Below, one piece after another: positions 12,335 to 26,174 of a stretch of 64,000 nt of DNA (within the stretch, counting starts at the first letter, position 1; the number at the start of each line of letters is the position of its first letter). The DNA comes from Dipteris shenzhenensis (taxonomy: Eukaryota), in NCBI GenBank assembly GCA_047967505.1, contig CM106538.1, one strand, 5' to 3'. The notes under the pieces were generated by a model. It made no database searches, was not told where the DNA came from, and saw only the letters and a list, made by a program, of their open reading frames with translations. The position numbers and the translations under genes were made by a program.

Positions 12335-14350
12335 TTAAAATTGAAATTATCTTCGCATATAAGGTATGCAACATTCAATATTTAAAGTATACCCTTCAAA
12401 CAAAGAACAGAGACATCAATTAACGAATCCTCCCTTGCATGTTCACACAAAAAGAAATACAAGAGCAAGACCATTTTGCAATGTTGTTTTATAGTCTTAT
12501 GGAGTAGGAAATGTATAAAACGTGATAAAGTGAGACACCTATCTTCTCTTTTGTAGAAAATGACTAGTCTAGTCACGCATGTATTTATGCTTTTTATAAT
12601 GTTGCATAGACAAAATCATAAAATGAAAGTGACGCCCATGCATGCATGCATGGGTGCATGCATGCCCCCCACACATGGCCACCCTCGTACACATGATCCC
12701 CCCCCACACATGCATGCATGCATGAGGTAAACACGCGCGCATGCGTGTGCACACACACACATGCCCACACACATGTGCATGCATACACATGCATGCGCAC
12801 AAACACATGCATGCGCAACTCATTGGTGCTTTTGTAATTCATTGGGGCTAAAAGCCTATGTGGGCGAGACTTCAATACCCCCATCATGTGCTCCATATTG
12901 GTGGCTTAGCAAAAACGCTATTTACTCTCTCTCTCTCTCTCTCTCTCTACATATATATATATATAGGTCAGCGAGGAAAATGTCCTATGTGTGGTGTGTG
13001 TGTAAAACAGATAGATAGATAGATAGATAGATATATAGATAGATAAATAGGTAGATATATCTCTATCTATCTATCTATTTTACACACACACCACACATAG
13101 GAGACATTTTACTCGCTGACACTTTATCTTTCTTTTTCATACTCATGGGGTTTCCCAATCAATGTGTTAAAAGGGACCTTATGACAAATGCATTGCAACC
13201 ATGTATTCCCATGAAAAGTACTTTTAACTACTAGGACAAAGGCTAGATTATTCTAGACAACCCCAACCTATTACGGGTTCCATGCAAGTGATTCCCTTTG
13301 CTTTGATCATGAAAAAGAAACCTATATCATTCCTTATAGAAAATTGGTATGCATGTTAATGTTTTGTTCCCACCACTTTGGCAGATGTTGTTATATAACC
13401 ATAAAGTGTTGGTTTTCTAGGTAGCATGAGAAATATCTCTTTGGACATAGTTAGAGGAAGATCCCCTTGACCTAAGCATGTACTCTCTTGCAATGCAAGA
13501 ATAATGGCTCTTGATCTCCAAATACACGAATTTAGAGTGGCTGCTATGACTACAAATCTCAAAAAGAAAAGGTAGTCATTAAAGGATATTCCAAACTTAA
13601 CTAGTTGCTTGCCTACCTTAGTTCACTCTATCAAACATGGATCTCTCATCAGACCCTTTTTGGTGGGCGCTTTGGTCTTTGCATGTAGGAGTAAGAGGTG
13701 CCTTTTTTGGTTTTGGGTTGAGGGGTTTAAGAGTTGACTCTAATGTCTCTACTTCAATCAAGTCTTTGCGCATATTTGTCTCCTAAGCATGCAAAGCTAG
13801 TTGAAGTACACACTATCACATATAAAACCTTTTTAGAGGTGACTCTAATGTATCTAATTCAACCAAGTCTAAGGGCATATTTGTCTCCTAAGCATGCAAA
13901 AGTAGTTGAAGTACACACGCTCATATATAAAACATTTGCATACACATTCCCATGAGTATAAGCACTATAACATGAAACTCTAGTCTTTCTTGAGAATACA
14001 TGGAGGTATGGCATTGCTCTATAGAAGCCCTAAGCATAGACATGGGTTTTGAGTGCCTAAGAAGTTATATGTTAATATGAGTATATTTCTTCTCCTTGAC
14101 TACCTTCATATAGACCATTTACAATTATATTGCTTGATCCCAAGAGTGAGTTGCACCTCCCTTCCTTGTCCCAGATGTGCACTAGAGGCCATGTGTAGCA
14201 TTATAGCTCAAACAAAGCCTCATGCACACATAGATGATGCTAGAGATGATCTAGTCCATGAACCCACACCTTCCCATTACAAGCCTCGATGCACAAGCAA
14301 ATGCATCCAACAATGTGATTGAAAACTCCTTATGTCTTGCCCACCGTACT
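12335..14350. repeat. Dispersed about 2.0-kb repeat, copy 2
   Basis: Diverged direct repeat of 6377-8830, with an internal duplication of about 100 bp at 13731-13940. Confidence 0.8.
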
Positions 14351-14949
14351 CACAATCGATTTTGGCCAATTTGGCTACATGGTCCACTATCACTAGTTTG
14401 CAGGCATGCCACACACACCTCAAGTCCTTTACATTAAAGGTGTGTGGGTAGGAAACTAGTCAGCGGCCTTGAAATCCCATCTTTCCAAGTCATATTTTTG
14501 AAATTTCATGAAACTTAACCAATGATTCATTGTCTCTTAGAGAAGCTCCTAGCTCAATGACATTGATTAGATGCTAGCAGCAAGGACAACCACCATTCCT
14601 AGTTATTAGCATTATGTCCCACCCAATAAGATTACTTGATAGAGAGATGTCATTGCTTGAGTATTTGAACCAACATCAATTAACAATTTCTTTAAAATTC
14701 AAAGAGAATTTACATGCAACAAAAGCTAAGATTGGAGTTGGGTTGGCTTGAGCACTAATGTTAGCACTAATTACCAAGGCTGTACACACGTGCGCACACA
14801 CACACACACTTTTTTTTAGTGAAATGACACCCACACGCGCGCGCGCGTAGAGAGAGAGAGAGAAGCAAGTAATGAAGTGAGCAAAGGAGCACATTTCAAA
14901 AAGCACCCCAAAAATTTTAGTTAATTGTATCCTCTCCACTTCTCTAATC

Positions 14950-16780
14950 AATTAATGGATTTCGTTTTTAGGATTGAATATCTTGGTTATGTACTGTCCC
15001 AAGTCAAAGTTCCTAGCATTAATTCCATTGCTCTTAGCTCTTTTCTTAGGAGTGAATCTTTGGGTCCTATCAAAAGCTATGGAATGGTGATTGACACACC
15101 ATGTGGACATTGGGTTAGACACCTATGATGGTTAATGCCAGATAACAATGTATGACTAGGTCCTACTAAAAAGCATTAGAGTGAACGATTGAAAAACTTG
15201 GGTTACCTTAATGGTATCATTGCTAATTTCACCAATGCTAATCTTGAATATCGACACCCCAACTTGTATGCCAATTATGCTGCTATACAAGTCGCTCTTT
15301 ATATGTTGGACTATTGCTAGGTTCAATGGAGGTGCCTGGGGAGGTGCTTTAAGAGCCAATGCACTACAACTTGTTTACTTGTCTAAAGATATCATTCTTC
15401 AGAGACTTGTGGAGATGCACCAAATAAGCTTTGGAGTGTTGAGAGGTCTAAGGGTCATGAGAGAAGGGGCATAAGTTTACGTGGGTGTGAATATTATTGG
15501 ATCCTCGAAAAAGGGGGGTGCCCATGAGCGTGGGTAGGCAAGACCCCCCTGCTCATCCCTCACAATTGGACTTGCATGATTGTGCTTGCCAATAAGACGA
15601 AGTCTTCCTCCTCTGAACTTAACAATTCTAAATTGGGCATTCGGTGTGGAAATACAACCCTTTTCTTGCATGTGGGTGTGTACAGCCACCTGCCAACCAC
15701 TGTCCAAATTAGTGGTGCGACGGGTTGCCGTCCTAGTTGGCCCAATAGGGGGATGGGCCTGGACACTCTCACGAAAGATTTGTGTTTGGCACATGAAGGC
15801 CACCTGCTCCATGGCCAACTTAAAAATTCTCCCACAAAGAGCCCTTGTTGGTGATTGAACCCGTGTCGATTGGCCCATTGCATCGCTACACCAATCATGC
15901 ATTGGTGACATGATTCGAGAGCTCGCTCAATGGAAAACATGACCGTCGAGTGATTGAACCACCACAACCGGATGCCATTCTCCAATTATATTTCCTCTTC
16001 CACTAGGTGACGATCATTGAATGCTTATCACTTCTTTCATTTCACAGCATCAACTAAATGGATTTTCTAGACTCTATCGTGCCGTCGTCTTGAAGGAATC
16101 GAGGCCCCTTGATCCATCATCCAAGCTAGTTTCCATTTTGCTATTTCTGAATCCTGCAATGCTCGAACGGTTTAATGAGAGCAACGTGGTGGAATAGCTT
16201 ATTTCTCTGGCACCATCGGTTCTCCAATCATCGTATCCCACGATAGCGGCTGACTGTAGCTGTACAACGGCTTTAATAATGAGATTAACGTGCCTGAAGA
16301 ATTGATTTGGTTTCGCTGAGCCATCGATCGTAGTCAAGGTCGCCACATGCTCTGTGGCCTGCCATCCTCCAATTTGTGTTTTCAGCGGAGGTCAGGGGTC
16401 CAGGGACCGGGAGGACGTTTTACGCACAGGAGAGCAATGCGTGGTATGACTTTTTTGGTGTGGAAATCAGGGCGATGGGGAGGCAACAAGGCAGCAGATT
16501 TGCAACTATTGACAAAAAATGCAATCTATTGACAGTGGACAAATCGATGACGACGCGCTTGCAAACGCGAATACACCTTTTCGTTGTGGTGGTGGGGGTG
16601 GGCAAGGCCTGAGGAATCGGGACGGGGCTACGAGTCAATTTTCGGTGGATGAGGGGAGTATGTCCAAGGCGGGAAGTAGCCGTAGTGACAGCGGACAGCA
16701 GCAGCATGGAGCTTTCAACTTGCGATTCAACATGGAGCTTTCAACTTGCGATTCAATGCCGGAGAGAGACATTATGTCAT
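14950..16780 (-). pseudogene. Possible decayed F-box-type gene, head-to-head with the RLK
   Basis: GC/CpG-rich non-TE sequence with broken minus-strand frames. RCIRVCKR (16420-16707 ORF) resembles the end of an F-box, and FRIVKFRGGRLRLIG (15477-15911 ORF) resembles a plant F-box C-terminal motif. Weak similarity judged by eye only. Confidence 0.25.
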
Positions 16781-17737
16781 AACAATGTGGGTCTCTTTTC
16801 TCATCAGCTCTTTTACGCTAGCAGGCAGGCTGTAGGCAAGTCATGAGAAGGAGATGGTCGATTTGGTGGAACGCGCAGGGGAAGGGCTTTATTACGGCGT
16901 TGCAGAAGGCAGAAAGAAGCACGGGAGGCGAGTGAATAATGATGATGGTAGAGAGATGGAGTGTGGGAGGCAAAGGCCAGAGGCAAAAACGAGCGTTATA
17001 CAGTATCTATTTATGACCTGCAGAGGCTTGCCAATTTAGAGCTTGTAAGTATGTAAATTTTCATTGGCAGCGCCATAGCTGAATGAGCTTGTACGAGAAA
17101 GAGATGAGAGAGACGACCCAGCTGTCTTTGCAAACAGCCAAGCTGTGTGTGTGCTGTTGTTGGGCGCCCACCAACCTATCTGTACATACACACACACACA
17201 CACACACACAACACACCGTCTTGTTGGGCGCCCTCTAATAACCCATTATTCACTTCCTCACTTCCTTGCTTTCTTTTCTTTCTTGCTTTTATGTATTTCT
17301 CTCCTCCATCGCTTCACACCACGGTCTTCATAGCTTTTGCATCCCTCTTTCAATTTTTGGCTTGCACGCAGTTGAGTTGCCTTCTGCAATCCCCCACTAA
17401 AAGACCCATCAATCACTGTTTGCATCACTTGCAACACATTTGCTCCCATATATACACTCCCTAGGGTACCACCTTTTTGTACATTGTCAGCATTCTCAGC
17501 TCGCAAAGCTGCGTGCTTTGCATTTCGATCAAGTTACATGCTCAAACAACACTTGCTTCAGCCCTCAAACGGTTAAATCCAAGTGGCAGTGCCTGGCAAA
17601 CGGTTAACTGAGAGAATTGTATAGGGAGCACAGCATTTACTTGTTAGCTGGGCAAAATCTCAACATCTCTTCCAGAGGAGAACCTCAGCAATGATGCAAG
17701 GAAACTCTGCTCCAGTTGCTGCAGGCTCTTGAGCCAC

Positions 17738-17835
17738 CACTTCACTCATCGCCTGCACTAACGAACTAATAAGCCCACAGCCTCTTCACTTCACTCATCC
17801 CGTGCACTAACGAACTAATAAGCCCACACCCTCTT
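17738..17835. repeat. 49-bp tandem duplication upstream of the RLK start codon
   Basis: cacttcactcatc..tgcactaacgaactaataagcccaca.cctctt occurs at 17738 and 17787. Confidence 0.9.
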
Positions 17836-17902
17836 CACCTCCTCAGCCCACAAAGCTTTTTGCCCCTTCTCTCTTCTCAAAGCTTGCGCTGCCCACTTCC
17901 CC

Positions 17903-20900
17903 ATGGAGTCGAGCAGCAGCCCCCTGCTGCTGCTCGCCCTGCTCTTGCTCTTCCTTGCCCTCTACCCCCTCCCTGCCCTCGGAGTCACCAACCCCAGCGA
18001 TGGTACGTCTTCCCCCTCGCCTCTCTTCCCAAACTGCTTCTTTGATTCAGTTTTGGAGCTCCATTTCCTTCCTATTTCCTCAAACTTCAATGCTCTCACG
18101 TACAGCTTTGAGCTGTTGTCAATTGGTTTTTTCCTGAGTCATTCATGTAACAAGGTACTGCTGGAAGGAGATGGTTTCCCTTTGCTTTGCAGCTAAATTT
18201 CACTGGCGTTCATTTTCCACAGCCTCCGCCCTCCAAAATTTGTTCACCAGTCTCAATTCGCCGGGTCAGTTGACGTCCTGGACCGCTAACAATGGAGATC
18301 CCTGCGGCCAATCGTGGAAGGGCGTTCAATGTAGCGGTTCTGCTGTTACGCAACTGTAAGCCTGGAAATGTCGTCCTTGTTCTTGTGGATTGGACGAACG
18401 CTGGCTTTGCTTGCGTTGACTCTACAAATGCAGTCCGAACTCACTGATCAGATCAAAGTTCTCTGTGCAGTAATCTTGCGGCTCTCGGTCTCTCCGGTCA
18501 GCTTGGTTACACGATGTCGCAACTCACATCTCTGACTGTTCTGTACGTTAATTCTCCCTTGCGAAAGCTATCTCTTTTGCAACTTCCGAACAAATTGAGA
18601 TGTTAAGCTACAATGAATCTTGTGAACGGGCCTAACCAGAGTTCCAACTTTTCGAAGAATGGGAGCAGCTGCTAACGTTGACAACGTGGTGCGTGCTTTC
18701 CCATAGCAAATAGTCCACGCGGTTCTTTTAAGATCGCGATCCCTCTGTCTGTTGCTGTCTGGATGCAGGGACTTAAGCGACAACCAAATTTCTGGCAATA
18801 TACCTTATTCTCTTCCGCCTAACCTCCATACATTGTAAGTCCTGGTTGCATATCAACATCCTTTTTCGATTCATTTATCAAAATATCTACCTTTGCCCCT
18901 TTGGAGGTTTGAGCGTGTGAGTCTTTGGCAACAACCCCCTGCCTTCATTTCTTTTTATCAATGAATTCGATGCTTTCGGAGCGTTTTTTACGGAGTGATT
19001 GATAGTGCCCAGTGAAGGAACGATCAACCTGACAAATCTTGTTTGCGGGAATAGAAATCTAGGGAATAACAACCTTGGGAGCAATCTGGCGTATTCGATC
19101 TCCACAATGATCAACTTGACATACCTGTAAGTGACATCTTTGCTACGCTTTGCACGCAGCGTTACTCTAGAATATCATGAGCTGAACATGTGCACTTGTG
19201 CAGAAACGTCAGTCATAACCATCTGAGCGGAGCCCTCGTTGATGTGTTCTCCAAACTTACGAACCTTTCTGTCATGTAAGCTCTATGCGGCATTGTGGTG
19301 TCGTCGATTGTTTAGTGATTACTTTTATTCAGAAAAACTGGACGAAAGGAAATGATAAGAAGAGATTAAGGACGGTCTCCGTAGCTAACTCCGATCTAGA
19401 GAATCTGCGTAGGGAATAGCTGAGGAGTGAGATGAATTTTCTCAGTTTGTTGAATTTTTTTAAATTCGACGGTCTTATCTTAGCTGTTTCCTGAAATGAT
19501 GCAGCGATCTTTCCTTCAACACCATGACAGGGTCGCTGCCTCAATCATTCTCGAATTTGTATAACCTTGTATCCTTGTACGTCTTCTCTTCCAAGTACAT
19601 AGTTTTACCTTCTTTTAGAGCTCGCAGGAGAATTTTCTTCGGACTGCATCCATACTAGAACTTTCGCTTGTGCAGATTTGTGCAGAACAACCAGTTCTCA
19701 GGAACTCTCAACGTTTTGGCCAATCTTCAGTTTCAGGATTTGTGAGTTGTTCCTCCTCCGTTTAAGAGCAGTCCAAATTACTCGTGCAGATGTGTTTGAA
19801 TGATTGAACTCGGGAAATGTCGTGACTTTTTAGTGCCATTTTTCAGGGAAGTTGAGAATAATCAGTTTTCTGGTTGGGTGCCTGCTTCTTTCAGCTCCAT
19901 TCCGAATTTCAAGTGAGACTGGTTATAATCTCAATTATGCATCGTGCACGCCTAGTACTTCGTCAAAACAACTTATGTTCCAATGCTTAACTTGGTTGTT
20001 TTTTCTATCATGCCACAGGGATGGTGGAAACTCTTTCAGCTCTTCTCCTGCTCCTCCTCCACCTCCTTTCACGCCACCTCCACCGGTTCCCAAGTCATCA
20101 GGAAGTTCAGGAAAGAAATCCAATTCCGGGAGGTCATCCAAAAACTCACAGGGCAGCAGCTCGGTCCTCAATAGTGGAGCCATTGCTGGAATAGTAATTG
20201 CAAGTATCTTGGGGGTCGTTGTTGCTGGTCTCATTGCCATGTATTTTCTTTGGAAGCCTCGTGAAGATGTCAATGACGAAGAAAAACAACAATTCACTGC
20301 GGCTGCGTTGGGACCAGTTACCCTTTCTGCTACCAAAAGTGAGTTCTCTCCCAGAAGTTGTGATGCAATGCAATGCAAAATTATGTGTTCATCTGAGAAC
20401 AAGTTTTTCCCAGGTTTTTTGTGTATACATGCTCAGTAGGAAAAGATTGATGGAATTTAGACGTCTGCATACCAGACGTGGTTTACAAGACCCAAGTCCA
20501 GAACTAATAGCCACCTAGTTGAGGAATTATTGAGGGAAGTTCTGGTTCTTCTGAACTGGAATGAGGCTGCAATGTGGCATGCATATTTGACAGATGTATG
20601 TTGAAGATGGGTTTGGAAGAATTTACTTGACAATACAAATTCACTTTGCTCTACTCTTGTCATAGGATGCCCTTCTTGAAAGGATCCAGGTCATGCTCTT
20701 TGTATCCTGTAGTTTGTTGTTCACCTTGTCTTTTCCTGAACTAAATGGCATTTTGCGTGCCCCTCTACTCCATCTCAGACCCAACATCAGGCATCAATTT
20801 TCCAAAAGTTCCTCTAGGTGGGCTTCTACTCTATTTTAGATTCCATTCTACAAGAATCAAAAATTTAAAACGCTTATAGGTGGGCTTTTCATTGTCCTTT

Positions 20901-23900
20901 TCTTTATCTTACATACCATAAATTTCAACGCTACTCTTCTGTTTCACATCTCAGGTGTGCGACTTGGTTGCATAGCTTGTCTTATGACAAATTTGAATGC
21001 TAAGCTTTAGTTTCACATCTTAATGATGGGACCCCTTCGATGGACCTTCTTATCCTTCAACTACAATCATCAAAATTTAAAATTCCTCTAGGTGGGCTTT
21101 CGAGTTAAGTGTCATATAAGTTATTCTTGGGTTGCATATCTTGCATACCATGCCTTTCCACAAATTTCAATTCTACTCTTATGTTTCACATCTCAGGTGT
21201 GCGACTTGGTTGCACATTTTGCTTAGCTTGTCTTATGACAGTTCAATTCCAACCTTTTGTTTCACATCTCAATTATGTAACCCCTTCGTTGGACCTTCTT
21301 GTCCTTAGAATGTCTTAGCTTGGATTTATGTGCTGTTTATAATGGATGAGCTCATGCCCTATTTTGCATTGTCCATTGGCACTTTTCTGCAGGTTTTGTT
21401 TACGCTACATGGCCTCCTTAGCATTGACACCACGTCTATTTTGTAGTTCTAATATATTATAGTGTTGTACGTTTTTTCCATCCTAACTATGGTGGCTCAT
21501 TTGTTTTTAGATGCCTACTTTCATTTTTATTTCCCAATCTTGTACTTTCTTTCCATACTAAGTTTAGTAATGAGAACATAAGCGTAGCTTTGCTAACTAA
21601 GTTATTTTATTCTGGTTTTCCTCATTCATATTTTTGTTTGAAGTCACTTACAAACTTCCATCTATCCTTTGTTTTGTCACTTGTTTTATAACAATTTTAA
21701 TTTGTGAGGTTTTATATATTAGAGTTTTATGAGAATGTGAGCCGGTGTCATGATATTGAAACTTCACTATGTGGTGTGTTTTTATAGTATGAGTTGGGGC
21801 ATGCTCTTGGATACATCTAGATATATGTTTCCACCGTATTAGCGAACATGCAAATTTCACCTTGTGAAGTTTTCATCCATGTTGCGGCTTGTTGATCTTG
21901 TTTCTCATAAGTGGTGCATTGCACTATCAGGCACATATCTTTTTTAGCTTAGATTTGTTGTTTGGTAGAGGCTAAATCGTGTAGTCTTCACACGTAGTTG
22001 TAGTTTGAATAAAGAGAATGTGGACTACTTTTTGATTAGCCTTCTCCTTGTGAAGTTTTTGTCCATGTTGCGGCTTGTTGATATTGCGATAAATTCTTCC
22101 TTCAACAGGGCCAAACTGGTGGTTGTAGACCATAATATATACATAGGCTCTCACACATACATATCCACCCACACATACTCATCCTTTTATACAAAAGTCT
22201 TTGTACTAAGTCCATTTTCCCTGATGTGTGGGTATGCTTGGCAATGGAGGACCATACGTTCCTCATTTTAAATGCTGTTTGTACCATGATATGTCCTCGA
22301 GACAATCGTGCATTTCATACCTGTCCATTTGACTGATTTTTTTTTTGTAGAAGTCTATCTTCAGCCCTGGGTCTTGCCATAGTTTCTGTAGCATTTTCTG
22401 CATGACCAGATTTCTGTTTTCTTCTCCATGCTCTTAGGGATATAGGCAGCCGGTATTTCCCACTGTTCCATCCATTTATCCCCTTCTCTATGCCACCCTA
22501 TGGTTCTTGTGGCCTCCATTGCCTTGCGTGGGATCCTGCTTGCTTGTATCCTTCTTTTCGAGCTTGTTGAGGTGGGCCATGTATTGGCATCAGGACAGCA
22601 TGTACTGGCATCCTTTGCTGTCTTGCATGACCGGATGTGCAGAATAATGATTCTCTTGCATGATAAGGCAATACATGAGTGTGCATTTGCATCTCTAGAA
22701 TCCCATCTAATCTGATCCTGAGTTAGGAATAGTAGTGACAGGAGTACTAGAGGAAGAAGAGTCAAGAAGATTCCCCCTTGGAGGAGTGCCAGCAGTAGGG
22801 GCAGCCACTTGAGCATTGGCTGGCCTCAAATCAACACCTGAAACAATATTCCAGACAACTAGAATATGCTTCATAAGGTAGGACCACATAGGAGTTGGTG
22901 CCATCCAACTTATCATCTTCACGGAGAATGCCAAACAAATCATTGTTGTTGCCAACCATTGTAAAAAGCACAAGTAAAAGTGCACTGACCAAGTGATTCA
23001 AAAATAGCCTCAAGGCTTTCAACTGCAAATAGAAGCTAAGGCAAAAGCCCCACAATCTCAAAGGGCAAAATGGTCAAAAAGAGGGCAAATGTTGAAAAGC
23101 CCCAATTTAAGCTGCAACTTTGCAAATGTGACCAAATGTCCTGCAATGTCTTGTCAATTTCACTGAAAACTGCCAATTTCAGATCAAAGCAGGCAAATGT
23201 CACTGCTATTTGAGCAAATGTGACCAAAATAACCTGCAAATCTGAGAATATCCTGCAATCTGCCTACAATAAACCCAAAAGCCCCAAATTTCTGCAAGAA
23301 ATTGCAACCAAAAGGGGCAAATTGATTGAAAGCCCCAAACTTGGCAATGCCCCTGCAAATGCCCCAAAAATGTATGCAAAATTGCAATGCAAGACCAAAA
23401 GCGCCAAATTTCTCCTACTTGAAACCACAGCCAAACAATGGCTTCAAGATGAACTTGTGTAGCTAGAACAAATCCCGAAATGCACGAGTCTCGAAATACC
23501 TGCAATAGAAAGAACCTGTATGGACAACTTGCAGCTAAACCGTACTGTCGTACAGCGCTGTACAGCTAAACCGTACTGTTGTACAGCGCTCGGGGAGATG
23601 TACAGACGGACCACAGGGGATTGAACGGCTGACGGCGCAGGTACGGCAGGTGTACGGCGTGATGTGTACGGCGTGATGGCACAAGCTGGAGTCCTCCCCC
23701 TCAAGAGGTAACATTCTTGCTTTTGCAAGTATGATGGATATGGAGTTTTAACCCGCCCCAACTCACCGATGACAAAGTATTTGTGGATGGTCTAATGCCG
23801 TCCCCTCAAGAGGTAACATTCTTACTTTTGCAGTATGATGGATATGGAGTTTTAAACCGCCTTAACTCCCTGATGAAAAGTATTTGTGGATGGTCTCTAA

Positions 23901-25900
23901 ATCTACTGTTTGTATGAGCATGGAGTACAGACGCCTTCTCGTGTCCCAGCCACGCAGTAGAGCCTTCTTTCATTTTTTTTGGGGGGGGGGGAGAGGGAGG
24001 CGTCGCTGGCCTATGAGACAAGGTACAAAATGAGAGTAACTCATACAAGCCTCTTTGGGCTGAGGCTAGTGGCCGTTTGCTGAGTACTATGCTAAACGAA
24101 GCTCAAAACTGAAAGCTCAAAGCTGCTTTGAGTACTATGCTAAACTAAGCTCAAATCTCAAAACTCAAAGCCAATACTCAATCTCAGAATCAAAACACAT
24201 AACTAGGTGCCATGTATTTGTGTCTGTTGGATGTTCTCGTTGTGGCGGGGGGCATGGTTTTCGTGATCTTTGTATCCAATGAGCCACATCGAGAGTGACG
24301 TATTTGCTCGGGCGATCCCTGTGAGTGGAGCTATGATGGGCTGAAACTGCATCGTCATGTGTGACGCATAGATCTCTCCTCGTCTTCATCTAATCCCACC
24401 GACGCATGCAACCCTCATATCATCTATATCCTCATCCTACTTTGCCATGTCCAGAGGCAGTCTCGAATGCATAGAAATATGACGTGTCGCTGAGCACGAT
24501 CCATGCTCATCTCCCGAGGTACTGTCTACTCGTGCTGTGTAATCTGGCGCAGTAGGGTCTCTCTATGTCGGCGCATCTCCTTTTGATAGAGGCCAATGGA
24601 AACCTGGTCGTGGAAGTGAATCAGCCGAGAAAGTGGCCAACGAGTGTTTCCCTCCTAAAAGAGACAATGGTACAGTCTTCGGATCTCATAATCAACAAGG
24701 CTAGTATACATGAAACGCTTCTCTGTCTCCAGCTCTTCCATTGTGCATAATCTGTAGATCCGCTGCTCTCTAGGCGTACCGTACCTGAATTAATGGGATG
24801 AGTCTCGCATTTGAACGACGCCAATCCTTAGGGCATGTGAGACTCGCCTCTCCTCGAGATATTGGGGTGTGATAATCATTCCATCCTCCGATACTCTCAA
24901 GAATTGGTCGCATCTTGGTGGTCCCCTCCCCAAGTCCGTGACGCATGAAGCTTGAGTACCGTATAATATGGTTGATCTCATCCTCTGGGACCAAGGGATC
25001 AAGGACATTCAAGCAGTGCTGAAAGGGAGGATACGGTCCATCTGAATACCATGGTTGCCAAACCATCTTGATTTGTGTGCATTCGACGCCATTTGGACCT
25101 CACTCTCAGCTAGTCATATTTCAGTAGTCTCCCTCTAGGTAAGACCTAGACCCTATGAAGAGTAATGACCGTCTAGAAGATGGCATTAATATGGAGTGGT
25201 GTCATGGCAAACTCTACGTGCACGATTTGGTGGGAGGCTGAGGCCCTTCTTCCGAATTATCTTCAATTCCATAATCACCTGTAGCTTCTTGAAACGTCAG
25301 TCGTCGTTGATAGGTACACCCTCATAAAGGTGTTGCGTACATGGTTGTTAGTCTCACTAGTGTGTCAAACAACCAGCCCTTCGTGGGGATCTTGGTAATG
25401 CCTAAAAGCATTGTCGCTCTAGATGAGCTAGAAGCTCCCTAAGTCGTGCCCTTGTTGCATGGGTCATTGTGAAGCCTGGCCCCAGGAAGACTACTCGATA
25501 AGTATATCATTGTACAATCTCCATTGGCTCTCCTCTGTAAGTGAAGCTGTGTCGGTTAAGTCTGCCTTTGAGGTGTTGAAAATCATAACCTTGGTTTTGC
25601 TGAGGTTGACTGTCAGGTCTATCTCTCTACTAAACACCTCTAGGGCCTCTAGGTGTTTTTGTACGCCTATGGCTGAAGAGGATAGAAGGACTAATAACAG
25701 TATCATCAAATTAGATAGCAACGATCCCTCACCTCGTAGGCGGTCAATGAAAGTCATGATCTCATCAATATAGAGCCCAAGTAATATTAGAGAGACGGGG
25801 GTTGGGGAGAGAGGGAAGGAGATTATACGGGACATAAATGAGATCTTACATCGAAGTTTGCAAGTTGCAACTCTATAATTTTCTATCTACAGCCTGCGAC

Positions 25901-25939
<39 letters not shown>

Positions 25940-26054
25940 AAAAAGAAAGGGAGGAGGTGGGGAGAGAGAGAGATAATATGGCTCTTGCTAATGTCAACTG
26001 GAGAACCAATAAGATATATTGGACAAGTGTCGTATTCAATTGTACTATGGCTTG

Positions 26055-26097
<43 letters not shown>

Positions 26098-26122
26098 TCG
26101 TATTCAATTGTACTATGGCTTG

Positions 26123-26174
<52 letters not shown>

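Noticed and set aside
6377-14350. Paired repeats as LTRs of one retrotransposon
   Set aside because: No TG..CA ends, PBS, PPT or TSD could be found.
19852-20439. 195-aa ORF as a separate gene
   Set aside because: It is RLK exon 10 plus flanking intron read-through.
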